This document shows positions 34,183-43,210 of a stretch of 64,000 nt of DNA, piece by piece (position 1 is the stretch's first letter; each line of letters starts with the position of its first letter). The position numbers and the translations under genes are program-made. The notes below the pieces were generated by a model. The model had not been told where the DNA came from. It ran no database searches and was given only the letters and a program-made list of their open reading frames with translations. The stretch comes from a virus: positions 1 through 64,000 of IMG/VR virus record IMGVR_UViG_3300032238_000336; one strand, 5' to 3'.

Positions 34183-36054
34183 TTATATAGAACTGTATAG
34201 TTCTTCAAGTGTAATATTTTTTTCAATTCCATCCTTTAATATAGTAACCAAAGTATCTCCACCCAAACATTCAAATTCCTGTTCAAACTGTTCTTTTGAT
34301 GTGTTTGCAATCGTCTGTTCTTTCCACTTTGCATCCCTTCCTGGAACTTCAGACCAATGCACCTCAGTGGGAACGTATTCATTTTTACCTCGTTCTGCAT
34401 TTACCCACATCTTATAAAACATATTCATACCCTTGGGGGTAGAAATGATTATAACTTTTGTATTCTTACCTGAAGTAATTGTAGGATATACAGAACTAAA
34501 GAAGTCCTCTGCAATATTATTTTGAATGAACGCAAATTCGTCCAATACTAGAATATTGTATGCACCACCACGAACAGCAGAAGCAGATGTAGATGCCGCA
34601 ATTATCTTTGAACCATTATCTAGTTCTAATGATGCTTTGTTCCATATTTTAACCCCGTGCTGCATCCATTTAGGAAGGTTTTCATAAGCAAGTTGAAGCT
34701 TACCTAAAATTTCTTTAGCAGTTTGAGCTTTGTTTGCAAGAATAGCAATATTTACGTTATCGTTGAATAGAATATAATGTAAAATATATGAAGTAACAGT
34801 TGTAGTATTATGAGTAGGTATAAAAGTATTTCCACACAAGAATAAATGGTCTTCTGAATCTACTTTAATACAAGCAACAGGAACACTTTCTACTTTTTCT
34901 ATTTTTTGTATGTAATGCCGTTGTTCTTGTGGTCTGGTAGATTTAGTATTATTAATAGCATTTATTTTTCGGGGCAGATTAAATACACATTTTTCAGTAG
35001 TAAAAGATACCGTATGGTAATAACACTCTTTTATTTTTTTGCATCTTACTTTAGATTTTATTCCTAACGAAGATAGTAACTCAACAAATTGTAAAATAAA
35101 CTCATAATTTTTTTGATAGAACTCAAAGGACTTTGTATGGAGTTTTACTGAACCATCAGTATCCATCAATCCACGAAGAAGTTCTAGTCTATCTTCATAG
35201 GAAGACCTTAAATAATCTAATGGTATGTGTTTATTTTGCAATAAATTATAAGATTTTAATTTTGATTGCAATTCTTTTATTTTAAACCGAATACAATTAT
35301 TATCTTTTCTCTCATACTCCACATTCATTTTAGTTTTATAATACTCATAATCTTCTTTATGAGATATAATTCTCCCATCACGAGAGTATCCATCCCCTAA
35401 CCAAACACCTAGAAGATATGGGTCAATATTTAAATTCTTTTTAGTAAAATTGCAAGGATTTGATTTATTGATATATAATGTTCCTTGAACTCCTTTACCC
35501 CTAATATTGTTGGTTTTATTTTGATATCTATCAAAAATTTCACCTGAAGTTATTACTTTTTTACCAGTTCTCCAATATGAACTATTCACTTCCCATAAAT
35601 GGTCAGAATCTGCAATAATTTCTTCTCCATTATCAAAATATAATTTATAACAATCGTGGTTATACATAGTTTCAGTTTTCAGAATTACTGAAACTGGATT
35701 TCCAGAAGGAGACATAATTTTATCCCCTTCCTTAAGGTCTCCCATAGTAGTCCACCCATCAGGAGTAGGTATCGGAGTATCTAATGCTAATGCTTTCCCA
35801 CACTGCCTAGGCATTTTACAGATATTAAATCTGTTCTTATGAAATCTTTGAACTAGTTTCTCTTGAAACTTCCTCATTTTAAAAGGAACTACACCTTCGT
35901 CAACACTTACAATCTTTACATAATTTTTACAAAAATATAAAGGGTCTTTATTGCACTTTATATACTCAGCAATTTGTTCTTTAGTAAACTCCTGCTTTGT
36001 ATTTGCTTTTTTTAGATGAGGATTACCAAGATACTGTTCAGAAGGAGGGCTCAT
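34183..36054 (-). CDS. gp17: Large terminase N-terminal (ATPase) fragment with an internal intein and a terminal split-intein N-half
   Basis: YLGNPHLKKAN...DPLYF; Walker A RQCGK|T split by an intein; Walker B LVLDEFAF; ISTP; HWSEVPGRD...EQEFE followed by IntN. Confidence 0.95.
   Translation of the reverse strand: MSPPSEQYLGNPHLKKANTKQEFTKEQIAEYIKCNKDPLYFCKNYVKIVSVDEGVVPFKMRKFQEKLVQRFHKNRFNICKMPRQCGKALALDTPIPTPDGWTTMGDLKEGDKIMSPSGNPVSVILKTETMYNHDCYKLYFDNGEEIIADSDHLWEVNSSYWRTGKKVITSGEIFDRYQNKTNNIRGKGVQGTLYINKSNPCNFTKKNLNIDPYLLGVWLGDGYSRDGRIISHKEDYEYYKTKMNVEYERKDNNCIRFKIKELQSKLKSYNLLQNKHIPLDYLRSSYEDRLELLRGLMDTDGSVKLHTKSFEFYQKNYEFILQFVELLSSLGIKSKVRCKKIKECYYHTVSFTTEKCVFNLPRKINAINNTKSTRPQEQRHYIQKIEKVESVPVACIKVDSEDHLFLCGNTFIPTHNTTTVTSYILHYILFNDNVNIAILANKAQTAKEILGKLQLAYENLPKWMQHGVKIWNKASLELDNGSKIIAASTSASAVRGGAYNILVLDEFAFIQNNIAEDFFSSVYPTITSGKNTKVIIISTPKGMNMFYKMWVNAERGKNEYVPTEVHWSEVPGRDAKWKEQTIANTSKEQFEQEFECLGGDTLVTILKDGIEKNITLEELYSSI
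34186..34269 (-). mobile_element. Split intein N-fragment (IntN, 28 aa, atypically short)
   Basis: CLGGDTLVTILKDGIEKNITLEELYSSI-stop after EQEFE; intein block A plus the I.I.ELY motif. Confidence 0.9.
34807..35793 (-). mobile_element. Contiguous class 3 (WCT) intein with LAGLIDADG endonuclease, 329 aa
   Basis: Begins ALALDTPIPTPDGW (Ala1); block B ADSDHLW; LAGLIDADG-type PYLLGVWLGDG and LLRGLMDTDG; block F PVACIKVD; block G IPTHN|T. Confidence 0.92.
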
Positions 36055-37028
36055 ATACCTGTAAATAATAATGGTTTAGTTGGGTCTTTAATTGATGGTG
36101 CATAAGAAAAGACCGTTGCATTTGGATATATTTTTCTTATCTCAAATACAACTTCATCTTTGGTAGGTCTCGATGATTTAGGGAAAAATATTTGAACTGA
36201 AAGATGTTGACCTTTCCAACTCAATAAAACAGTATAAGTTAAACCACGAGATTGTATTCTTGTATATTCTTCATCTACGTTAGTTTTTTCTGTTTTATTT
36301 CCCCAGTTTGATGCACCAACTTTACGGCATTTGACAAGTGCTCCAGATGCATATGCAGAAGGCCAAATTTTATATCTACTTTTTACTTTATGGTAACAGG
36401 CATCCTTTTCACCTTTTTTTTCTTGAATGCATTCTTCTTGTGTCACAATCTTTGCATCTCCTGACCTATTTGGATTCGGGTCTTCTCTACGTTTTTTAGC
36501 AGCTCTCTCATCTCTTTCTTCTTTACTCATAGAGGCTCGAACATCAGCATCTCTGCAATATGGTTTAGTTGTTTGTCCAGGTTGACGGGCACAAGGTTTA
36601 CCATCATATTTTCCTCCAGTTTGAACCCATCCCTTAAACCAATCTCTCAAAGAATAATCAAGATCTCTCGGAGTTTTTCCATCCAATTCTTCCTTTACAT
36701 CTTTAAACTTTTTATGTTCTTTTTTGGCAGATGCTTCCATTTTTTTCAAACGAGTATAATAATCTGGAATTTCATCAAGATGCTGTAAAGCAATATCTGT
36801 TGCTAAAACTTTATCTTTGGTATGTTCGTGCTCAATGGGAATTCCCATTTCAAGTTGATGCTTTATAAAAGAAACATCAAGACGATGTTTTTTTGCAATT
36901 TCATTAACTGTTTTATATGATTTTAATTTTGAACAATTTTTAGTTCCGTGTGATGGGCAATATTTTCCCTCACCCGATTGATTACATATTGAAGTAGCTT
37001 CCAAAATAAACGCAGTAAAACTTTTCAT
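36051..37028 (-). CDS. Modular hypothetical protein in the gp16-gp17 interval (probable internal head protein)
   Basis: Cys module CNQS..GKYCPSHG..NC; IEHEHT...IALQHLDEIPDYYTRL; LRDWF...KPC...KPYC; KDACYHKVKSRYKIWPSAYASGALVKCR. Confidence 0.75.
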   Translation of the reverse strand: MKSFTAFILEATSICNQSGEGKYCPSHGTKNCSKLKSYKTVNEIAKKHRLDVSFIKHQLEMGIPIEHEHTKDKVLATDIALQHLDEIPDYYTRLKKMEASAKKEHKKFKDVKEELDGKTPRDLDYSLRDWFKGWVQTGGKYDGKPCARQPGQTTKPYCRDADVRASMSKEERDERAAKKRREDPNPNRSGDAKIVTQEECIQEKKGEKDACYHKVKSRYKIWPSAYASGALVKCRKVGASNWGNKTEKTNVDEEYTRIQSRGLTYTVLLSWKGQHLSVQIFFPKSSRPTKDEVVFEIRKIYPNATVFSYAPSIKDPTKPLLFTGI

Positions 37029-37039
37029 TGCATTTTTGA

Positions 37040-37462
37040 CTATTTATCTTTCATACTATTTTTTAAAAATTTTTGAAGGTCAGCAGTGGAACCAACAAAT
37101 AGTGCATTTGTAGTATTATTGGTAATATTTGTTTTATTCTCCTCTTCTTTCAACTTTTTCATTTTTTGTTGATTATCTAATAATTTATCGGAAATATCTC
37201 CAACTGTCTTTAATAGTTGACCAACAACTTCAAAATCTCTTGCTTTTTGAGTTTCTTTTGCTATTTCAAACATTTCATATGCAGCGTGCTGTCCCATCTC
37301 CATCAACTCATATAAATTATCACGAGTATACTTTTCATCATCATCAATAGTTCCTTCTATTGGTTTTGCTAATTCTACTTTTGCTTTTTTAACTATTTTT
37401 TTAGACATTTCTTTTACATCAATATCTAAAACTTCATCTATTTTATCGAAATTGTTATTCAT
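37040..37462 (-). CDS. gp16: Small terminase subunit (T4 gp16)
   Basis: DEKYTRDNLYELME.G...ARDFEVVGQLLK...NNALFVGSTADLQKFLK. Confidence 0.92.
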   Translation of the reverse strand: MNNNFDKIDEVLDIDVKEMSKKIVKKAKVELAKPIEGTIDDDEKYTRDNLYELMEMGQHAAYEMFEIAKETQKARDFEVVGQLLKTVGDISDKLLDNQQKMKKLKEEENKTNITNNTTNALFVGSTADLQKFLKNSMKDK

Positions 37463-38511
37463 ACGTCTATACCTTTTCTAGGACTATAGATTTTTCCATC
37501 TCCAAAATCAAAAGTTTCTTCATTAAATTCATAATCATCTGTAAGTGGGATTAAATCATCATCTGCTGTAGTTATAGCATTAACTGCAGTACCTTCTTCG
37601 TGAGTGCTGCGAGGAGTGCCATCTGCTCCTCTGACCACTACAAGAGTATTACCTGAGATGGACTTAATCAACATTTCCTCATTGCCTATTGAAATATAAG
37701 TATCAGGAACTAATGAAGTAGCATCCGAAACATTAAATGTTATTTTACTTTCATCTATATCTTGTGCTAATGTTGTAGTTTGGTCATTATTATAATCTTT
37801 GATTGCTCTAGGAGTAGCAACATATCTCAACTGTCTGGATGAATTTTTAACATTTGTTCCAGTATGATAATCTACCTGAACTTTTTTGATTATATTTCCA
37901 TTATTATCGGATGGAATAGGTCCAAATAGATATATTTTAGCAGTAAAACTTAGTGTGCATATTAAATTCCTACGAGTTTGATAATTTCCTTCATAATCAT
38001 CTTTAAGTGCAGAGACATCATTTAATACAATCGGAATATCTCTTTTTTCTCCAATTTCTTTAATTAAATCTATAGTAACATTTAGTTCTGGAGTAAAATA
38101 AGGTAATATTTGTTCTATAATTTCAAACATATCATCATTGAACTTTGTAATGATAGATAGTTCAATTGGTAAATTATATGGAACAGGCATATACAGCTTA
38201 GCTGGAGTTCCTCCAGTGGTAACTGCATTAAATGTTTGCATTTTTGAAGTTTTACGAGAACTATCATAAGATAATTTTCCAACTTCATAAGACATTCTAG
38301 GCAAGGTTATTGACTGCCTTTTTCTTAAATCTGGTTTTTCTTCTAATCTTGCCAGAAATTTTTGAATTGGGCCATATCTAATAGGAACTTTAATTACACT
38401 AACATCTTGAGTATTATCATCCCTATGGTGAATATAAATGTTATTAAAAAGTGTTCCGAAAGAAATTATCGTCTTTCGGATAATTTGATGATATGGGGAG
38501 TTTTCAAACAT
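37459..38511 (-). CDS. gp15: Tail sheath stabiliser/terminator (T4 gp15)
   Basis: YHQIIRKTIISFGTLFNNI...KVPIRYGPIQKFLAR...LPRMSYE...EQILPYF. Confidence 0.92.
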   Translation of the reverse strand: MFENSPYHQIIRKTIISFGTLFNNIYIHHRDDNTQDVSVIKVPIRYGPIQKFLARLEEKPDLRKRQSITLPRMSYEVGKLSYDSSRKTSKMQTFNAVTTGGTPAKLYMPVPYNLPIELSIITKFNDDMFEIIEQILPYFTPELNVTIDLIKEIGEKRDIPIVLNDVSALKDDYEGNYQTRRNLICTLSFTAKIYLFGPIPSDNNGNIIKKVQVDYHTGTNVKNSSRQLRYVATPRAIKDYNNDQTTTLAQDIDESKITFNVSDATSLVPDTYISIGNEEMLIKSISGNTLVVVRGADGTPRSTHEEGTAVNAITTADDDLIPLTDDYEFNEETFDFGDGKIYSPRKGIDV

Positions 38512-38540
38512 TTTTAGTTACAGTTCTATATTTATTTAGA

Positions 38541-39902
38541 TTAAAAATCTCCAAAGGGATTTTTCTCATCAAAATCTAATATCATATCTGCTTGTTCTTG
38601 TATAGTATCATTATCTGCATATGGATTATTTAAATCATCATTATTCATAGAGAATATCCTGTAGCTTGCACCAGCTCCAACTATTATCTCACCTAATTCA
38701 TAATTGCCATTGATTGTAGATACTTTTAATATTCTAGTATCATAATTCCAATCTTTAACATATGCACTAGTTCCTGTAGATACTCCTCTTACTATTTCAT
38801 CATAAAGATAATTTCCAGTATAAATTCCAACTGGACTATCTATTTGTATTGCTGGTGGTTGAGTATATCCAGCTCCAGCATTTGTAAATCTAATCGAAGT
38901 TACTATTCCTAAAGTATTTAATACAGCAATAGCTTGTGCATTTTGATTTGTAGGTGATGTAGAAATTGATATATTCGGAGGTGTGGGATAATTATATCCA
39001 CCATTAATTATTTGGATAGGACCTAATACTCCACTAGAAATTATTGAAGTTCCTATAAAACCTGAACCAGATAATGAGACTATACTTACATCTGGAGGAA
39101 CAGTATATCCTGCTCCTGGATTTGTGATTAATATATTATCGATAGTAGAGTTATTTCCTTGATTTTTTAATATTGCAACAGCAGTTGCAGTTACTCCTCC
39201 CGAAGGAGCTTTAGTAAATTTAACAGAAGGAGTTGATTTATATCCATATCCACCATTAATAATATCTACATATTGCACTGATTTATTTTGAGTTAATCCA
39301 ATTCCCAAAACTGCACTAGATGCGGAATTATTTACCATAGTTATTGTAGTTACATATTTAAAATCTTGAATATTTTTGTCAACCATATCTATTCCAGTAC
39401 TAATAATTTCATCTTCATATTCATAAAGTTCGCATCTAAGTTCATAGATATAAAGATCATTAAGTTGATAGAATGGTCTTTTTCCTTCTACATATTTAAT
39501 TTCAAACAAAGCATTATCTAAAGGTAAGAAAATTAAATCTCCTTCTTGAGGACGCTCTACTACTTTTACCTTGGGGTCATCTGTTATGAATGGAGTTATA
39601 AGACTTTGATACCTTTCTTTTGATATAATAAAAGTTATCTCATCTGTGCTTCTAACGCCAAACTTGCTTAAAATATCTCCTTGTCCTCCAAATCCATCTA
39701 CAGTGGAAATGTAAGCTTCTATTATAAAACTTTCATCAAATTTTGATAAAATTACTTCTCTTACAATTTTATTTTCTTTTATAAATTTTCTGGGCAGATA
39801 ATATACATCTTGCCCATACATTCTTATCTGTTCATTTATTAAATCTTGAACTAACTTTTGTTCTGAATAAGAACCATTTAAAAAATAAGGATTAAGTGTC
39901 AT
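38541..39902 (-). CDS. gp14: Neck protein (T4 gp14)
   Basis: EQKLVQDLINEQIRMYGQDVYYLPR...RPQEGDLIFLP...NPFGDF, with inserted I.NxG.GY..PP repeats. Confidence 0.92.
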   Translation of the reverse strand: MTLNPYFLNGSYSEQKLVQDLINEQIRMYGQDVYYLPRKFIKENKIVREVILSKFDESFIIEAYISTVDGFGGQGDILSKFGVRSTDEITFIISKERYQSLITPFITDDPKVKVVERPQEGDLIFLPLDNALFEIKYVEGKRPFYQLNDLYIYELRCELYEYEDEIISTGIDMVDKNIQDFKYVTTITMVNNSASSAVLGIGLTQNKSVQYVDIINGGYGYKSTPSVKFTKAPSGGVTATAVAILKNQGNNSTIDNILITNPGAGYTVPPDVSIVSLSGSGFIGTSIISSGVLGPIQIINGGYNYPTPPNISISTSPTNQNAQAIAVLNTLGIVTSIRFTNAGAGYTQPPAIQIDSPVGIYTGNYLYDEIVRGVSTGTSAYVKDWNYDTRILKVSTINGNYELGEIIVGAGASYRIFSMNNDDLNNPYADNDTIQEQADMILDFDEKNPFGDF

Positions 39903-39911
39903 ATGATATTT

Positions 39912-40727
39912 CTATCCAAGTAATCCTAGTGGTGGTAACTCATATTCATCTTTCAACTGCTTCTCAATTTCTTCAATTTCTCTTACCGCATCATCAAAGA
40001 TTTGTCTTCCATTAAATGTAATTCCACCAGGTAGTTGAACTCCATTGAATTTAATTAAGTTTTGTCCCCACTGTTTTTTAATGGTAGCAGTTAAATATTT
40101 TTTGAGCCAATAATCATTGTATATTGATGTAAATTGTTGCGGGTCTACAATTCGATAGCAATCTATAATAATATATGAATTGCCATCTACCATTTGCCAA
40201 TCAATATCTAAATATAATCTATGTTGCTTTTTATTAAATCTCAACTGAACGTCTGGAGTAATGATACGACTAATATCTTCTAGATATGTTTTAGTCATAG
40301 CATAATTTAATAGATCTAATGCTCCATAATTATATAAATCATTTAAAAATATTTGATATTTAATATTAAACATTCCACTAGTAATAGTGTTTGAATCAGA
40401 TTTAAAAACACTATTAACTCCAATAACAGTATCTGGAAGTGGAATAAAGTTTTGGGCCTCTTCAATTATTGCGGAAGTTATTCCCTCACTTGCCGTTGCT
40501 GTAGTATATTTTGGAGTTTTTGTAATTATTTCTCTTTCCGCAGGCAATAGTTTATGCTTTAAAAAACATCTTTCAATTCCATCAAAATGTCTTTCTTGAA
40601 AATATTGTAAAGCATCATCCAATCTATCATTTAATTGGTCATCCTCCACATTAATCTCAAGGACTGGATATCCTAACTGCCTGAGACAGTATTCAATTAA
40701 CTCTGTTCTTGAACTTGGTTTAGACAT
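39912..40727 (-). CDS. gp13: Neck/head-tail adaptor protein (T4 gp13)
   Basis: YCLRQLGYPVLEINVEDDQ...ERHFDG...KQWGQNLIKF.GVQLPGG. Confidence 0.93.
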   Translation of the reverse strand: MSKPSSRTELIEYCLRQLGYPVLEINVEDDQLNDRLDDALQYFQERHFDGIERCFLKHKLLPAEREIITKTPKYTTATASEGITSAIIEEAQNFIPLPDTVIGVNSVFKSDSNTITSGMFNIKYQIFLNDLYNYGALDLLNYAMTKTYLEDISRIITPDVQLRFNKKQHRLYLDIDWQMVDGNSYIIIDCYRIVDPQQFTSIYNDYWLKKYLTATIKKQWGQNLIKFNGVQLPGGITFNGRQIFDDAVREIEEIEKQLKDEYELPPLGLLG

Positions 40728-40761
40728 TGTTGTTAATTGAAATCCTTTAGTATTTATGTTG

Positions 40762-40974
40762 TTATGTAAAATCTTCTTTAATTTTAGGTTTTCTTACTTT
40801 TGGAGCACTTAATATTTTATTTTCTTCTTTTAATTCATTTACTTTATTAGTAAGTAATTCAATGAGTTGATTCGAATTCATAAGTTTAGCTTCTAATGCT
40901 ACACACTGTGACATTAAATCTGTAGTTTTTTGTTGATAAATCGCAATCAAACTTTTAAGTTCTTGGTCTGTCAT
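40762..40974 (-). CDS. Small coiled-coil hypothetical protein
   Basis: 70-aa ORF with heptad pattern, preceded by ATAAATA at 40999-41005. Confidence 0.7.
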   Translation of the reverse strand: MTDQELKSLIAIYQQKTTDLMSQCVALEAKLMNSNQLIELLTNKVNELKEENKILSAPKVRKPKIKEDFT

Positions 40975-40998
40975 AAAAAAAGGGAGATTTCTCTCCCT
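40975..40998 (-). terminator. Intrinsic terminator
   Basis: GGGAGA-GAAA-TCTCCC hairpin followed by a T7 tract. Confidence 0.8.
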
Positions 40999-41026
40999 TA
41001 TTTATTAAGTTAACTTCGAGGTATTA

Positions 41027-42505
41027 TCAGAAAACACCACCATCAACAACAATATTCTGTAGGTTCAGTTCGCTACCGATACATCCGATAACTTCCTGTA
41101 CTCCTCCGGTGCAAGCATTGTTGATATAAAGTGAACCAACTTCAAGTGCAGCGTATGCATTAGCAGTTAAAACACTTGATGCTTCAGAGACATCTGATGC
41201 AAGAGCAATTCTGGATACACTATCATCCCAATAGACTGCTGCCTTCTTAGCAGACCCAGAGTAATAGTTAAGAAGTAATCCAAGGTCTTTATTTAAATCG
41301 GATGCTGGTGGATTGCCATCAACCATACCGAGGTCAACCAGGGTGTCTTCAACTGTTAATGAAGTGGTATTTACTTGAGTCGTGGTTCCGTTTACATAAA
41401 GATTACCAGAAATGGTAAGGTCACTAGAAACTCCAACTGCACCAGTAACATCAGTAATAGTAATAGCTGAAGCACCATCATTTGCTTTAACTGTTCCAGT
41501 TGAAACTGAATTGAAAGTTACGTCAGCAGTAGTTGCAACATCTTGACCAATGCTAAATTCACCACTAGAGTAAGAAACACCAGTACCAGCAGAGAACTGG
41601 TCTCTAATCTGGCTAGTAGTAACTCCAGTATATGCAAATACTCCAGTAGCAGCAGTATAGACTAAAGAACCTAAGTCTGAACTGGTAGCAGAAACTTCAT
41701 TACGAACAGCAGTAGAAACTCCTGTGATATTGCTATATGTAAGATTAGTTACACTAGCACCATCTCCAACGAAGCTGCTTGCAGTAACAATGCCAGTAGC
41801 ATTAATATCTCCTGCATTTACTAGGCCAGTGAAGGTTGAAACTCCAGTGACGCTTAAGTCAGTGAAGGTATTAGGAGCATTAGCAACTGCAGATTCAATT
41901 GTTGCAATAGTTGTTGCATCAAGTGAAAGGATATTTTGAAGTTGGAAAGCACTGCTGATAACTTGAGTCGAACCAATGCTAAGTGAACCAACAGTAGCAA
42001 TACCGCTGACATTCAGTGAATCTGCACCAAGTGTGGTGAACTGACCAGCAGCTGCGGTTGTTAACCCAATGGTTGTTCCATTGATTGAACCACCTTGAAT
42101 CACAGCATTCGTGATGGTGGTAACACCAGTCAGAGATGCATTTTCAAAAGTTGCACTTGCACTTACACTAGCCCAAGAAAGGGTACCATTTGCATTTGTC
42201 TTCAGGAAATATCCATCAGTTGGAGTTTCAGGAAGAGTATAGGTTGTAATGCCGGAAACAGTGTCAGGAGCCGCTAATCTTACTCCATTATTACCAGTCT
42301 TATCTACAAGGTTTAACTTGAGTGAGTTAGTTCCGTCTTCTCTAATCCAATATCTACTTGAACCAAAAAACTTATTTCCTTGAGTGGTGCTATTAAAACC
42401 TACATAAAAGTCTGATCTGTCGGTCGCAAATCCAGGTTCTCCTGCACGAAGGCCAGGAAGATTCTGAACTAGGCCTCTCTTAAATTGAATTGTTGGGGAT
42501 GCCAT
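41027..42505 (-). CDS. Fibre-like virion structural protein
   Basis: N-terminal IQFKRG...GEPGFATD fibre head motif; Gly/Thr/Val-rich repeats; ends DGGVF. Confidence 0.75.
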   Translation of the reverse strand: MASPTIQFKRGLVQNLPGLRAGEPGFATDRSDFYVGFNSTTQGNKFFGSSRYWIREDGTNSLKLNLVDKTGNNGVRLAAPDTVSGITTYTLPETPTDGYFLKTNANGTLSWASVSASATFENASLTGVTTITNAVIQGGSINGTTIGLTTAAAGQFTTLGADSLNVSGIATVGSLSIGSTQVISSAFQLQNILSLDATTIATIESAVANAPNTFTDLSVTGVSTFTGLVNAGDINATGIVTASSFVGDGASVTNLTYSNITGVSTAVRNEVSATSSDLGSLVYTAATGVFAYTGVTTSQIRDQFSAGTGVSYSSGEFSIGQDVATTADVTFNSVSTGTVKANDGASAITITDVTGAVGVSSDLTISGNLYVNGTTTQVNTTSLTVEDTLVDLGMVDGNPPASDLNKDLGLLLNYYSGSAKKAAVYWDDSVSRIALASDVSEASSVLTANAYAALEVGSLYINNACTGGVQEVIGCIGSELNLQNIVVDGGVF

Positions 42506-42599
42506 ATTTTTTAAAAAATGTAAAGTACTAGTAAATTACAAAAAATCAAACACACACTACAATATTATTATAGTTTATTCAGTTAATAATATTTATGTT

Positions 42600-43166
42600 T
42601 TAAAATTGTCCAGCATCTATATCAATTCTATTATCTAAATCAACATCTAATTCATTTAAGAATGCTGTTGTAAATCCAACTAAACCTGGTTGAGTAGTTT
42701 CGGTTTCTGCTGCCGCATTCAAGACTTCATCTGGGTTAACAAATTTAATTTTTTTAATAGTAGCATCATACATTAATACATACTTATCTTTCATATCAGT
42801 AGCGTCAATATCTGGAGGTGGTAATGGGGGAGCGGGACTATTAGTTACCGAACCACTTACTATCGCACTTCCTTCAAAAATTCTATTTGTAGTAGTACCA
42901 TCGCTTATTACAATATCATATGAATATCTTCCGTCTTTAAGTCTAGATGTAACATTTGAAGGTAACGCCAAAGTAATCTCAGTATTATCAATTGTTACTT
43001 CAAATTCTGCTGAAACTGTTAAAGAATATGGGCTTTTTTTTAATATGGACCTAGCATAATATCCTGAAAAATTAACAGGAGATTTACTAATTGGATCTAT
43101 ATAAACAAATATAGAACTATAGTCATCTCCAGCAGGAATTGTTATATTGGATACGTATATGAGCAT
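42600..43166 (-). CDS. Putative virion structural protein
   Basis: ITIPAGDDY...ITLALP...GRYSYDIVI...RIFEG beta-sandwich, Pro-rich linker, ends DAGQF. Confidence 0.65.
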   Translation of the reverse strand: MLIYVSNITIPAGDDYSSIFVYIDPISKSPVNFSGYYARSILKKSPYSLTVSAEFEVTIDNTEITLALPSNVTSRLKDGRYSYDIVISDGTTTNRIFEGSAIVSGSVTNSPAPPLPPPDIDATDMKDKYVLMYDATIKKIKFVNPDEVLNAAAETETTQPGLVGFTTAFLNELDVDLDNRIDIDAGQF

Positions 43167-43210
43167 AGTATTTCCGATTTAAAATCCCCTTCTTTGTATT
43201 TATAAGTATA

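Noticed and set aside
34174-34190. TATAAAATA just upstream of the GIY-YIG start as a dedicated late promoter
   Set aside because: One base off consensus, in very AT-rich sequence and too close to the ATG; it cannot be supported without transcript data.
33304-34269. Group I intron or sequencing frameshift as the explanation for the broken gp17
   Set aside because: Both breakpoints carry protein-level intein motifs (Cys1 block A; SHN|C), and the spacers are only 9 nt and an 8-nt overlap, leaving no room for a ribozyme core.
32439-36054. gp17 as a pseudogene
   Set aside because: Walker A/B, the coupling motif and the nuclease acidic residues are intact, and the exteins sum to a normal 553 aa.
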